DNA of 64,000 nt from Antedon mediterranea (lineage: Eukaryota > Animalia > Echinodermata). Under the pieces are notes generated by a model. It saw only the letters and a list, made by a program, of their open reading frames with translations, was not told the origin of the DNA and did no database searches. Below, piece after piece: positions 33,842-47,700 of this stretch. Made by a program: the position numbers and the translations under genes. Each line of letters begins with the position of its first letter. Position 1 is the first letter of the stretch. The stretch is from contig NC_092675.1 in NCBI RefSeq assembly GCF_964355755.1, positions 6,009,812-6,073,811 on the forward strand, in the 5' to 3' direction.

Positions 33842-35057
33842 TACCTTTAAAATTAGAAAATGAACAATTCTTTGTGGACTTGTGGACTAAAACAGACCTA
33901 AATCAAAATAAAAGAAAAGCAAAAATAAATGTTATTAATGTTACTGTGTATGTAAAGTAAAGTTCTAAAACAAATACTAGGACCTAGTATTTGTTTTAGA
34001 ATTTTACTTTTATGGTGGAAAATCTTCAGTAGGCAAATTTTGTTTCGCTATGTATAGGGTTGCGGCAGAATAAACGTAATTGATTGGTCAATTGAAAATC
34101 CGTCATGCATGCACATTTTTATAAACTCATGTACAAATTTAACACCGATTTTTTTCAACTGGTTGGCTGGCTTAGTTGCGTGGACTGTGGCTAGGCATCT
34201 TATGATTTTGTAGGTTCCATTCTCAATGAATTTTTTGTTTAAAACACTATTATCTTTTACTTACCATCATCATCTTTACCCACAATTCCCTTTTAGGTTT
34301 AGAGGGTCGAATGCCCGATCGTCCCAGCGTTATTAGCATATGTCGGATTTTTTTACGATGGGCAGTTGATTTTGGGTGTTGTAACCATGGCGTATTTATT
34401 TTTACATTACGTTAGTTTTTCTATTGTTATTGTATTGTATTTTCATCAATCTGACTGAATGAATGACAAAAGCAAGCAATTCAAAATACAGTGTAACCCG
34501 ATCATTCATAATCAAATCACACATCATTTATTCCCACATTTGACATTGCAAAAAATATCTGATTAAATTTAAATAGAAAAACTAGGGCCTAACTAGGCCT
34601 AGAGGCTAGGCCTAGGCTTCTTAGAATAATTACTAGAATTGTAATTGTCTTGTTTGTATTTATATTCCCTAGCTAGGCCTAAACTTTAATGAAAAGCAAC
34701 ACCAAACAATAAAATTGAGAGCAGTGGGTATAAATCCAATACCAAAATCAAATCTACCCTACACCCATACCCTCGCTAGGCCTGAGTAAACGAATTTAGG
34801 CCGGCTCTCTGGACTTACTTTACTACTGAACCGTGCAGTTTTGCTGCTCGCTCGAGATATGCACGATCACAAACCACAAATGGGTGCGGAAGGCCTACTT
34901 AAAATACATATTTGTTTACTATTTCACCATATAATTCATTTATACCAACATACCAAACAATTACTAGTAATATCATATTTCATACCTACAAATGTAATTA
35001 TAAATATAATGTTATAAACAACGTAATTTGAATATATTAAATGTTTTTAAAACTCAC

Positions 35058-35710
35058 GTGCGCAATGTCTTTCTCTAAGAAAATGGCGAATATGAACTGG
35101 AAATGACGTAATAGGGTCATGATCAAGTTCATTTAGTGAGGAAGATTAAAATTGTATGTAGTTTTCTAAAAATCTAACAATGAATAGGCCTGTGTCTATT
35201 TTGTTTGAAAATATTAACGCTTAAAATGTGTCATAACTTAAAAAATAATAGAAAAAAAGAATAAATCTCTAAATAAATCTAAATAATTGCACCTGTATAA
35301 TGACCTTATAGTAGTTTGACCCTAAACTTGGCTCTTCTATGACTGTGATATCCTCCCTTCTAAATTAAATAAACAGAATTTCAACTTTAAGATGAATATT
35401 ATTAATATTAACTGTTTATAAATAATGTATAATTGTGTTTTCCACCTTTTAAAATTGTTATTGTAGATATTTTGTTATTTTTTAATTTGTTAATAGAGGG
35501 GTAAAAATATGTACAGTTCATAGAACGGCAGGCATGTTTAAGAACGAAACGCGCGAAATATTCGTCATAATTGCAGTCAGACCAAATCTGTCCGTACTTT
35601 AGTTCAGTTTATTCTCATTCTTGCTTGTTTTGTTGTAATTTACAACACTATCTACTTGTTACAGAATTCTTTCTTATTCGCTTGATTTGATTAAAGTTGT
35701 TTATTTTACA
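35058..35710. promoter_or_regulatory. Bidirectional promoter region BTF3/NASP
   Basis: YY1-like AAAATGGCG (~35080) and CRE-like TGACGTAA (~35104) on the BTF3 side. E2F-like GCGCGAAA (35551-35558) just upstream of NASP, consistent with cell-cycle regulation of a histone chaperone. Confidence 0.65.
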
Positions 35711-38700
35711 ATGGGTGAACAAAACGATGTAAAGACAGAAGAAGATGCACCAGCAGCCGCAGCAGAAAGCACCACCACTACCGACACAACAATGACAAAT
35801 CTAGAAGATAACGCTGCGGCAGCCAGCAGCACCTCAGCTGATGAAGAAACCGGCGATGAGGGGTCTGTATTACTATTTAGCCGTATATTTTATACCTACA
35901 TAACTTAGAGAAATAACCAGGCCTAAAGTAGAGGGCCTACGCTGCAACTATTTTTTTACTCATATGCCGCATGCTTATGTCATATAGAATAAGCATGCAG
36001 CATATAATATGATGGCCTTGCTGCTAGGCCCTTTTTAGGCTAGGCGTAGTGGGGATTAAGCCTATTAAAAGTATATAATAATATTATAATAGGCCTAGGC
36101 CCTAGGCCTAATTAATATAGGATGTTGCGTTGCTCGGTGCGTCATACATCCATATAAAAACCGAATCCTGGAAACCAGCCTTTTTGTGGTGACTGTGGTC
36201 ATTGATTTGTAGTATTTTATATAACCATTTCCGTATGTTCATATTTATTAATACTTGTACATTTCCCCTTTAGTGTTGACATAGATGAAGTTGCCCAGAC
36301 ACTTATGGCAAAAGGAAAGCGGAATCTTGTCGTTGGTGAAGTACTTCAAGCAGTGCAGGCTTTTCAAGAAGCAAGTGGACTGCTGTAGGTGGAATGCTTC
36401 GGGTTTTTTGTACATACCTGTACTACTTGACTTGTTGGGAGGGGGAAGAGCCTGTTCCATCATCACCGTTGAATATTATTTATAAATATGCGCATGTGTC
36501 TTAAAATTATAGACATTCTAATTCCAAATTTCTCTGGGAGCCTCCCGATATTTCTCCCGAATAAATCTCTTAAATTTTTGTTCAGAATAAAAACATTTCC
36601 AAACAGATGTTTACTATCTGCACCGGTCTACGATCATCAGTGCCAGTTTTTGTTTATTTTTTATTTAGCAAAAAAAAAATACAAGACATAAAAATATAAA
36701 AATATCGAACTATCAATCATTAAAAATATACAAAATGTGATAAAAAGAACAGACCTTGATCACATGGAAAGTCAAGAAAAGTTTCCCTTGTTTCTTGGGT
36801 TCACATGACTGCAGAAACTGAACAATTGTATGAAAACACTTTTAAATAACAAAAGCCATACAAAATTAAAGATTTTTTTTTTCAAATTTAATTAAAATTT
36901 CATTTATATATTTGGACATTTTAAAATTCTTAAATTGATTAAAATGAGGTTGAAAACTATATACATACCGTATTATGTGATGAAAGTTATGCCAGTTAAT
37001 TGATACAATCCATTATAGACATCCCGAAATTGCTGGGGTTTAGAACGTCAGAAATTCAATATAAACCTAAATGAATTCCTGTAATTAGTCCATGTTTATT
37101 TTTTTTATCCAAGAGCTTCAAAATATGGAGAAACTGCACATGAATGCGGGGAGGCATACTTCAAATATGGCACAGCCCTTTTGGAGTTAGCTCGTATGGA
37201 GACTGGCGTGCTTGGGAATGCTTTGGATGGCGTACCAGAGGATGCTGATTCCGATGATGACACTTCCAATCTTAAAGGTATCTTGGTTTTTGACTGCTGT
37301 ATGTAAACATTTGCAGGGCTCAAAATTTACTTTCCGAGACTTGTATTTAAGACAAATCCAGCAAATTACTAAGCTTTTGTGAATGGCAGCTTATTTTAAA
37401 ACAAACCACCCATCCCCACCATGTGATGTGCCCATATATGGACATGATGATGTCATATCACTACCATATTTAGACGCATCACACTTTTTAGACAGAGCTT
37501 AATGGACGATTTGCAATCAATTCCTCAGGACCTGAAAGAGAACAGATATTTAAAGATGTGTACAGTGCCATGGCTGAAGACAGTGAGGAGAGAAAGAAGG
37601 CAAATGCTAAAAAAGAAAGTGATGCAAGTGGTGATGGAAAGGAAGCTGTTGTGAATGGTAAGGATGTTGATGTTAAGGTCAACGGGGAGAGTAAGAAAGA
37701 GAGTAAGGCAGAGGAGGAGGAAGAGAAAAAAAAAGAAAAAGAGCAGAAAGATGAAGAAACAATGGAAACGGACACTAGTAAAGAAGTGAAAGAAAAAGTA
37801 GACGCTGCTGATGAAACATCCGATACAAAAAAAGATGTCGAGGATTCTGATAAAGCTGAAGGTGCTAAAAAAGCGAAAGATGGCAGCAAAAAAGGTTTGA
37901 AAAATGTGATGGCACCAACGACGCACCAAGTTCAAACCTAACTATTAACATGTCATTTTTCTTTCAGTATTAATATATGCACTTTCCAATTCATAATGTA
38001 TTGAATATTTCATATTTATTTTCATTAACTAAAATTTTTCTGTCTGTTAATTTTGATATTTTGTTTAATTGTTTATATAATTTACAAACAGTAGAATCCA
38101 TTCTTTGGGAACACCCTCATTCAGGGACCCTTTCCCTTGAAATGCCAATATATATTTTAACACTACAACCAATGCTTATTGAAGGGACACTTTAGAAAGG
38201 GTTTCCTTTATTTGTAATATATTAATGTATTATTAAACAAATTACCATATAGTTTTGAAGCATATGTCTTCCCCCCCCCCCCCCTTACTCATAATATGGG
38301 TTTCCTGTATTTAATTCATTGTGTATATTAATGTGTTATTAAAAACCATATTACCATATAGTATGGTAATATATTATGGTAATGCATGGCCTTGCCCCGC
38401 CCCTGCGCCAGAGTATGTTGGCGACCTAGTTTACCCACCAAAGTGTTACTGTAATTGGTTCATGAACTCAACTTACCCTGAATCGGCCCATTGTAATAAT
38501 CTTTGTTAATTAATGTTGTACATTTGTTTACTATTCATTTATACTGTGATAATCTAACAATAACATATTTATTTCTATTTAATATATATATACCAAATAA
38601 TGGGAACATTGTTGTGAAATAAACTGTCATAAATGTTTATATTAGATACAATTTCAAGGCTATATCTACGCCTATATAGCACCCCCTATGGCTGTTATGA

Positions 38701-41700
38701 TATCCGTGCATTGTAAGCCGGTTGGATGGCTGAATGTGTAGTGCCTGGGTCTCGCAATGTGATGCTGTAGCGTTGGGCTAGGGATAAAAAATCATTGTTT
38801 TTTTTTTACTCGCCATCTTCTTTATTTTGTTCTCACCATTTTCCTTGAGGGATTTTTTTTTAGATGACTGGGCCCGATTGGTCAATAGGTGTAGATATAT
38901 AATCTAGCTTTGGTCTACGACTAGGCGTAGATGCCGCCACTGCGTTATATTTAACCCCTTTTTTTGTGCGTCATTAATGAATCCTTATTATTTTTTTAGA
39001 TGGTGCTGGAGGCAGCAAGGATGAAAGTACCGCTGATGATGAAGTAAATATATCTTGAAACTCTTTTCTTTTATATGTGCTACAACAATCTTTTGCGTTG
39101 TTCTCAATTGTGATCAACAATGCCCCCAATATATTATGAAATTAGCATTATTAATAGTACTAATTGTATTGATGTAAACTTTTCACACTATGGCTATTTT
39201 ACTGATATATTTACAAAGAAAGATGAAATTTCGAAATAAAATTGTGGAACTATATTAAATTTTAAATAAGAATTTATATAAGACAATAAACAATGGTGTT
39301 TTTTTTCATTGTAGGCAGAAACGGCAGAGGACATCTCAAATTTTGAACTAGCATGGGAAATGCTTGAACTTGCCAGGGTTATATTTTTAGAGTAAGTTAA
39401 CATTCTGATTAGTATTATCACAGCCATCATTGACATTTAATTTTTTATAATGTGCCATGCATCATGTTCTCCCATTGTTTTGTAAACAAAGTCTGGTATT
39501 GGGTATTTAGACCGTTTAGAAAAGTCATTGGGAGAGTTGACCGTAGTGTACCGTGTATGAAAAAAGTCCCAACATTTTTTTAATGGAAGCAAATGGCTAA
39601 ATTAATGTTTTGTTTTTGTTCAGAGCATACTGTATTATTTCATTTGTTAAAAGACAAGACTCTTTGAATGGTCCACTCATGAAAATATTTCTCCAATACT
39701 AAGCTACTGTATTCAACATTAATGTTTTTACATTCTGTATTTAAATTTAGCGAAGACAAACAAAAACAGCTTCAAATAGCTCATGTTCATCTGACTCTAG
39801 GTGAGCTCAGCATGGAAACTGAAAATTACAATCAGAGCATTAAGGACTTTCATAAATGCCTTGAACTGCGAGGAAAGCATTTAGATGAAGACGACAGGCT
39901 ATTGGCAGAGACGCACTACAGCTTGGGATTGGTCTATGGTCTTGACAAAGACTTTGAGAAGTCAATTGAGGTGCATTGTTCACATTTTTTCTGTTCAATT
40001 GGTAGTCTGTTCTGGGGTGGTACTTACTATATTTAGAATATAAATATCCACGGCCTAAAGCCTGAAATTGAGCATTAACAATAATTACCTGGATACCTCT
40101 TGGTTGAAATTGAATGCATGAAGATTTGTGTATTGACAACACTAATGTTGGTAAAATGACAGCTAGCATAGGTTTTTGACAACAATTCATTTTTCAATCG
40201 ATGCTGTGCTTGCACAACAAATAATTGTGTATATACCATACTGTATTGGCTATGATGATTTGCACAGGGGTCTGATGTTGGCCTTAATATGAAGGCTTAG
40301 CCTTTTGTAACATTTCTAGTATTGCATGTGGTGATTCTAGAGTGAGTGCAGAGGGAAGACAACCTAGCATATCTGAGCTAAGTTTTATTACATTTTTGTC
40401 TTAAAAATGAAAAGTTTTTCCATCAATAATTTACCTGCTATTGGTATTTACCCGTTTACTGGTCTTGGTATTTACCCGTTTACTGGTCTTGGTGGTACCA
40501 ATACAAATATGGTATCCTATTTTAAGAGATACGCCTCCCAAAACTGTACAATAAAATAAATATTTTGATTTGTTATTAGAGCTATGAAAAGTCTTTGAAT
40601 GTGATCGACCTGAGAATCAAGAACTTGCATACAACTCTGAAGGAACATGAAGCAGGAGAAGAAGATGGTAATTTTGTGCATAATTTCCTCGTTTTGTGTA
40701 ATTCGAATCAATATACCATGGAACCCCTCCTTTGGGTTACCTTTGTTACTTCCATGTGAAAGGAGCAAGGGTAACCCAAATGCAGTTTGTTTTCTCCCGT
40801 GTCCCCTAAACTTGTAGAGCAGAGCTCCCAACTCTCCCGATAATGGCAGAAGTCTCCCGATAATGGCAGAAGTCTCCCAATATTTCGAGTCGTAAAAAAG
40901 TGACTAATATAATATAAAGATGCTTAAAAATGGATGCATTGGCATAAATTTTACGCCCGGCACATCCGACATAACATGTTTACTATTATTAATTGCAATA
41001 TTTTTGGTTTGATGTACTGGTGTAGTGCCTTCTATAGTTTCATAGAACCTCCCGTTGGTTCATTTTTCCAAGTTGGAAGGTAGAAACCAAACTAATATCT
41101 ATGTACCGTTTCATTGATTTGCCGGTGTACTAGTTCACACGCAGCCACCGTCACAAACGCATCATAGTACTATACTATACAGTGGGCCCTCTGGGAAAAC
41201 AGTCTTTGACTGAAGAGGCTACCCAGTATATAGAATATTTAATAATTTGATATTTTAGAAAAAGACTGCTCAGAACATTCACCAGAGGATATTACAAAAG
41301 AAATTAAGGAGCTTGAAGCGCTTATTCCAGACATAAATTCAAAGGTAATTTTCATAAATAAAATAATTCTGAATAACAGAAATGGTGGGTGGCATTCTAA
41401 TGGCTGGAATTCGGAAATGCTTTTATTGAAACCATGTTTCTTTTGATTCTGTGACTATTTATGTAGTATAGAATGTGCGTACATCTCAAACTTCCTAATA
41501 GTGAGTCCCCCCCCCCCCCCTTAATTCATATTTACACTGTATAAAGCTGTCGACCTATCAACAATAGTTTGACAAGAAGTGTGATGTGCCCAAATATGAC
41601 ATCATCATGTCTACATATGGGCACATCACATTTTTTGTCACATAAAGTTTGATAGTGTAGATAGAGCTAAATATGCGTTTTTCCTTTTTAGATTGAAGAT

Positions 41701-42561
41701 TCAAAGGAAATGAAGAAAAATGTTTCGGACTCTGTGAAAGCTACTTTTGTAAGTTTTAATTACTTATATCAAATTTTATCTTGTGAATTATGTACATTTT
41801 GTATGTTTTAGTTTCTTTGATCGTGAATATCCTAATGACAATTGTATGAATTCTCTTTTAGGCTTCATCAGCTTTTGGCCAATCTTCATCTTCTGCAACA
41901 GTCAATGTCGTAAGTGTTACTCGTTTGTTTTATCAAAATCTGAAATTGTGAATACATAAGCATTGAATTGAAATCTTCCAGATAAATTTTAAGTCAAATA
42001 GTAGTCATTCCGAGAAATCATCTAATATACTTGTTCTCGATATTAATTGAATGCTTTCTTTTTTTTAAAGATCAAAGCAAAACCAACTCAAAAGACAGAA
42101 AATGCCACAGATGTCTCTCACCTAATGAGAAAAAAGGTCAGTACATTTGCAAAATTTAAATCCTTTTGTAGCGCTACTTAAATTAGTAAGTATTTTAATT
42201 TCTGCCAAATACTACACACTGTTATAAAAGGCAAGAGAAAACGGATCCATATTTCTGAGCGTTTCTTTTTATTTTGATCCAGAGGAAACCTGATGAAAAT
42301 GATGGCAACGATTCAAAGAAAAGCAAGAATGAAGCGCCATCAACGAATGGATCGGCCGCTAATGGCGACAAAGCAAAGGTTTGCAAATCAGATTTTTATT
42401 CATGTCAGATTATTGTAAAGTATTCTCACCGGCCCTGTTAATAATTAAGTCCACCCTTGGTAATATTTACTCATTAACTTTCTGTTTAATTTTCATTTCA
42501 GGTTAAACAGAAGACGGTTGAAGATGTTTTGGCGGCAAAAGAATGTAGCATGGAAACTTAA
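35711..42561 (+). CDS. NASP: Nuclear autoantigenic sperm protein / N1-N2 histone chaperone (SHNi-TPR), 14 exons, ~544 aa
   Basis: Exons 35711-35862, 36274-36384, 37114-37277, 37529-37894, 39000-39043, 39315-39391, 39751-39970, 40580-40667, 41259-41344, 41692-41748, 41862-41909, 42071-42136, 42283-42378, 42502-42561 are in frame (1635 nt). Motifs [78 protein letters not shown]. Confidence 0.96.
40247..40380 (+). ncRNA. Box C/D guide RNA, SNORD94 (U94)-like, antisense to U6 snRNA
   Basis: Terminal stem TGGCT...AGCTA; C box ATGATGA 40252-40258; guide TTTGCACAGGGGT; D' CTGA 40272-40275; internal TGCATGTGG; D box CTGA 40373-40376. About 134 nt, intronic and sense to NASP. Confidence 0.85.
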
Positions 42562-44788
42562 TAAATATAATTAAAACACCAAATAATCATTGAAATTACT
42601 CTGAAATCTTTGTAAATATATTATGTTCTGCCAAATTTTTTAAAATCACAATTCCTTGTATTTTTTTATGTTCAGGTACTAATTATCATTGTAAACAATA
42701 TCAAAGAATATAAAAATTTGTCTGTAAATAGTTGTTATGCTGACCCTACGCGTCTTGAAAGGCTTTTGTTGACCACAAAATGATGTGAATACGCAAGTAG
42801 ATTCAGGTTATTCTTGCAAATGTTATCTGATTTTTTGTAGAAATAAACCAGCAAACATGAAAGTATTACTGCCTTTTTTCATTATTGCGTATATTGTCGT
42901 AAGTTGTTACAACCATCTTGCTTCAAGGTGATGACAAGTGTGTACACGGTATGCAAGATGTTTGGAGACTATTTGCCGTATTTTCGTTAAAGTCCATTCT
43001 CTACGTTTTTCATGCTGCTGCTCTAGCCAGCTACGTTCCATGAGGACTACTCATTCATAAGCTAAAGCAAGCAGCAGTTACAGTATCTAAGGCCGACAGT
43101 TTTGTGACTTTGTAAACTTGACTATAATTTATAGATCCAAACCGCTGGACCCAAAAAACGTCTGGGAAAAGAGTCTATGAGGGCTCACTGTAACGATTTT
43201 GGATTCTTGCCCTTTGATTGGTTGACACGAATCAAAAGACTGGATTTTCGTGAAGTCGCGTCTCTAGAGGGTATTCAGTTGCATGCAGGTTGAGGTCACA
43301 CACAGCACATTCAAAGTTCAAAATTGAATGGGCATGTGAATCATAATTATAGAGAACTCTTTCATTTGTATATATTTTTGCGAATATAGGACATCTTTTT
43401 AATATTTCATTATAAACATATCTGAAGAAACGATTAATTTAATTTTAAAATATCGAGCAGCATTTTTTGTAAGGAATATTTATTGTTAGATCTAATTTAA
43501 GGTCGCATATAATGTGAAAATAAATACTATATAGTGCTATTTTTTTATCATTAAACCGTCAACAATTTTAAAGAATTCTAATAATTTAAGCGGCCCTCTA
43601 TAAATCACAAAATTGATATTTTTGATTGATCGTAAAGGCCAAAACAAACGGAAGACCTGATATTTAACAGATTCTGGCAAAAACAGAACAAGAATGTCGG
43701 GCTAGGCCTATAGCTATATACTTAAGAACGGGTCTATAATTGGCAAACATAAAACTAATTTGCAGAAGTCATTTAGGTAAAGTTGCTTATGTTTGTAAAA
43801 TTGGCCAATCAAATTAATTGAGTAAAAGTAACAATGAAAAACATGCAATTTTTTGTTTCTACGGAAGTGATTAACTTTATTAAAACCACAAAATAACATA
43901 TTTAAAGTCTGATTTAATTAATCTTCATTTTTCATGTTTTGGGGTGACAATACTACTGGACATTTCTAATTATCAATTAAAAAAAATTGCAATAAACATT
44001 TCTTCCATCAATTAAGAAATCAAACCGTATTAGTAGATGTTGCCATAAATACTGGGACATGCCCACTTGTTTTTCAACATAAAACATTTCACAAGCAATA
44101 GATTTTTTTTTTTTTTTTTATGTGATGCCTTGAGCTTTATTGTGTCTCCCATCGTTGTTTTGTCGCTTATTTCGAGCTCTAATCAATGCATTAATTGAAC
44201 TATAAAGCTCTAGTCTGCACTATCAAACTTTATGTGAAAAAAAATGTGATGTGCCTATATATGGACATGACGATGTCATATCACTACCATATTTAAGCAT
44301 ATTATTACCACTTTTTTTGTCAAACTAGTTTGATAGTGTAGACAGAGCTTTAGGATGTATTACATGAAAGTAACAAATGTTAAACTTGTCACGTTTTTTA
44401 TTATTTTAATAACATGTAAAAATCATTTCTCTAAAATACAAAACCTTTTCTGGTTTTTTTTTTAGATGTTTTTAGTTTCATACTGTACTGATTTAATGTT
44501 CTGTTTTATTCACTGCGACTTCTTATTTTTTTATTTTGGTATTTAATAATACTTTACTTTATAAAAAAACTTTCAATGAATAAAATGAACTCCATTCCCT
44601 GGACATGTAAATTACATAGTGTCACTAATCATCTTTTCTCTGATTAGACAACGTTATCACGTTTGTTTTTCACACGGACAATTTTTAATGTTTTCCCTCG
44701 GGTAAGTCTTAGGGCTATAGAAACACCAATCCACCAAAAAACGAGTATGGTGAAAGATTTTCTTGGCCTTCAACAACTACAATCTCTT

Positions 44789-47700
44789 TCAATGTATTCC
44801 TTTTGATTCCAAGATGACTTCTGTTATATGCTTAAATTTAGGTGGACATATCTTATGAATCTTTTCCCTATGGAAACTTGATGTCTTGGAAAAGTGACTT
44901 TTTTCTACTAGCAATGGTACAGATTTACCGCTTAAATACAAAAGATTTTTTACATCTATTTGAAATCTTGTGTCTAGACTGGTTTCATGTTTGGTAACTG
45001 TACTGTCCTCCAAATGTTTACATTTTCCTAAGAAACTTGCTAGTGAATATGCGGTCATGAAAGCATCAAAACCGGCTCTGTGTTTCCCGGGCGCCGGTTT
45101 CTTTTCTAATGTTCTTACACTTTTCGTTTCATCAGTCTTAGGGATTGTGGCAATCTCCACTGAACTTTCATTTTCCTTTCTGTCTTTAACCATACTTTCT
45201 ATGTCATTTTGTCCCTCAGTACTTTTCATGTCCTTTTCTTTTACATCCATTGTACATTCATCACTTTTTCCTTTTTTCTTTGTTTCTTCTATTTCATCTG
45301 TTTCCATGGAATGTTTATCTTCAACATCATTTCCACTTCGTTTTCTTTTTCGATTCCTTTTACGCTTCCTTTTATGTTTCTGTAAATGTTCATTGTCTAG
45401 GATAATGTCTGGGTCATGTGAGTAGGGACAAGATATACCTCTGCAACACCATCCATGGCTCTGTAAATTATTTTGAAAAAAATGTTAGATAAATATTAGG
45501 ATGGTTTGTTACGATGATGGGTTTAAGTCACCACACAATGTAAATGTAGTATTAAAGATGTATGCCCCCCAAAAACATGACGATTAATTAAATCAGACTT
45601 TTAATATCAGTTCAGTAGAAAGAAAAACATGAAAAAATGACTTATAAAATGACAAAATAAATGGTTAAATTCAACCAAAAACCTTGGCTAGCAGCCAATT
45701 TGACTAATTTTTGCTTTAAATTACAGTTTTTTCAGGTAAATACATTTTTTTTTCAATCCAATTTTTGGTCAAAGTAAATAACTATCATGTTACATTAAAA
45801 TGGCATATTCAACAAAACGTTTGTTAAGAATTATTTTTTTGGGGGAAAATACATCTTTAATCAGTCTCAGTTTAAATGGAAATTGATGTGATGATATTAG
45901 GTTAAACAACATTGTCATCTGATCAGAACACAGGGAGTCAATCTCCTACTCTTTTCAAATAGTATACCACATTCTATATTTTACATAGTGCATTTATGTA
46001 CATGGGACCACCAGTTTTACATCCCATCTGAAGGACAAGGCTATGAGTATCTTGCCTAAGGTAATGGCATATTGCACAGATGGGTCTTGAATCCATAGCT
46101 CTCAGATGCTAGTCTGATATACCTGGTATACATTACACCATATCATTTTCAGATAGTAGGTAGGTAATAGCTATCAATGGCAAACCTAAATACAAGGTGG
46201 TACATGAGGGTCCAAATCTAACATCTTCACACTTAAAACAAAGCCGAAATTAGTATAATTTATAACAATGTACCATGGAGGTGCCTGTTCCACAAATCTT
46301 GACTCTGCAACTGAAAACCACTGATAAACGGTTCCTATAAAAACTGTTTTGAAACTCTGATAGGACAGACGGACTTACCCCATACTGTTTACAAAACTCA
46401 ACGGGATTGAGCTTCTCTTCCATTGGTTCTTGTAAGTTAGCTGGTAGTTCACAATGTCTGTACTCAACAAACCCCACTCCTTGTGGATACGAACAAAATG
46501 ATATTTGGATATGTTTTTGTCCGGAAGTGCTCAGGACGGCATTTTCTCTTTGACTGCAAAAACAATAAGTCAGTGTATAAGGTAAAGGTGTATTTAAGAG
46601 TCTTTAATAAATAAGGCCTAATATACAAGAATGTAGCGTCACTAATACCCCTTTTACACCGCCGAGCTTATAACAAACCCGTGTCGTGTCCGGATAAATT
46701 TCCTTTTCACACCCGATTCATAACACGGGAATGACACGGGTTGCGTGTATTTACACTGAAAAATTCCAACCCGTGTAAATGTTCTAGATCAATCGAAATA
46801 TCGCCCTCTCACGCACGAAGAGAGACCCTAGTAACGGTTTGCTCATTATACCTCCTACAATTTTGTTTTATGGCAATACACACAAAAATTGAGTCTACTC
46901 GTGAAGAATAATATCTTGAAATAAAAATGAATAACAAATAACCATAAGTTTAATTTATTAAATAAGCGAATAAACAAAATCAATCTTATCCTAATTTTAT
47001 GTAAATTAAATACTATAGTGAGCGAGGATAGTAAACAAACGGATAAAGATACGCTGAGCGTTTTACACCGCAAACACGGGTTCATCCCAAGTGCGTCCCG
47101 GGTTGACTTGACGCTGAATACATTCCGCATCACTTACCCAGGTGATTCAGCGAACCGGGTAACTTTTTACGTCGTTTACACCGGCCTACATTTCCGCATT
47201 TTTGCGTCCCGGGTACGACTCGGGTTTTACAATTCCGGATCAACTCCGCATTTTTACTGGCGGTGTAAAAGGGGTATAAAACCAATACATTTGGGACACC
47301 ACTATTCAGGGACACCCTGTTATTAAAGGGACACTTGCCTGTGAAACGAAAAGAGGGGAAGTGTAGTATGTTTTAACACTACAGCCAACACTGTTCAGAA
47401 GACACCCCTATTAAAGGGACACTTTCCTGTTAAATAAAAGAGGAGCGGTATAGTATGTTTTAACACTACAGCCAACCCTGTTCAGAAGATTACCCCTATT
47501 AAAGGGACACTTTCCAGTGAAACAGAGAAGGAGAAGTATAGTATAGTATGTTTAAAATAACACTACAGCCATATATAAAGGTTCTACTTAATGTTTTTCC
47601 CCCATTTCCATGTTCACCTCCTCATATTAGCAAGAACCTGTCCTTCATTATAAATGTAAAATATAAAATAAAAAACTGTACAGGTATTTGTTCATAAACA

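Noticed and set aside
35962-36005. 17-bp hairpin in NASP intron 1 as a pre-miRNA
   Set aside because: The stem is too short for a canonical pre-miRNA and has no further support.
37278-37528. NASP intron 3 donor GTATCTT as a second U12 intron
   Set aside because: It lacks the CC of GTATCCTT and has no CCTTAAY branch site at the expected distance.
37488-37935. Long minus-strand Ser/Phe-rich ORFs (also 44970-45425 on +)
   Set aside because: These are antisense shadows of the Glu/Lys-rich NASP and TOE1 exons.
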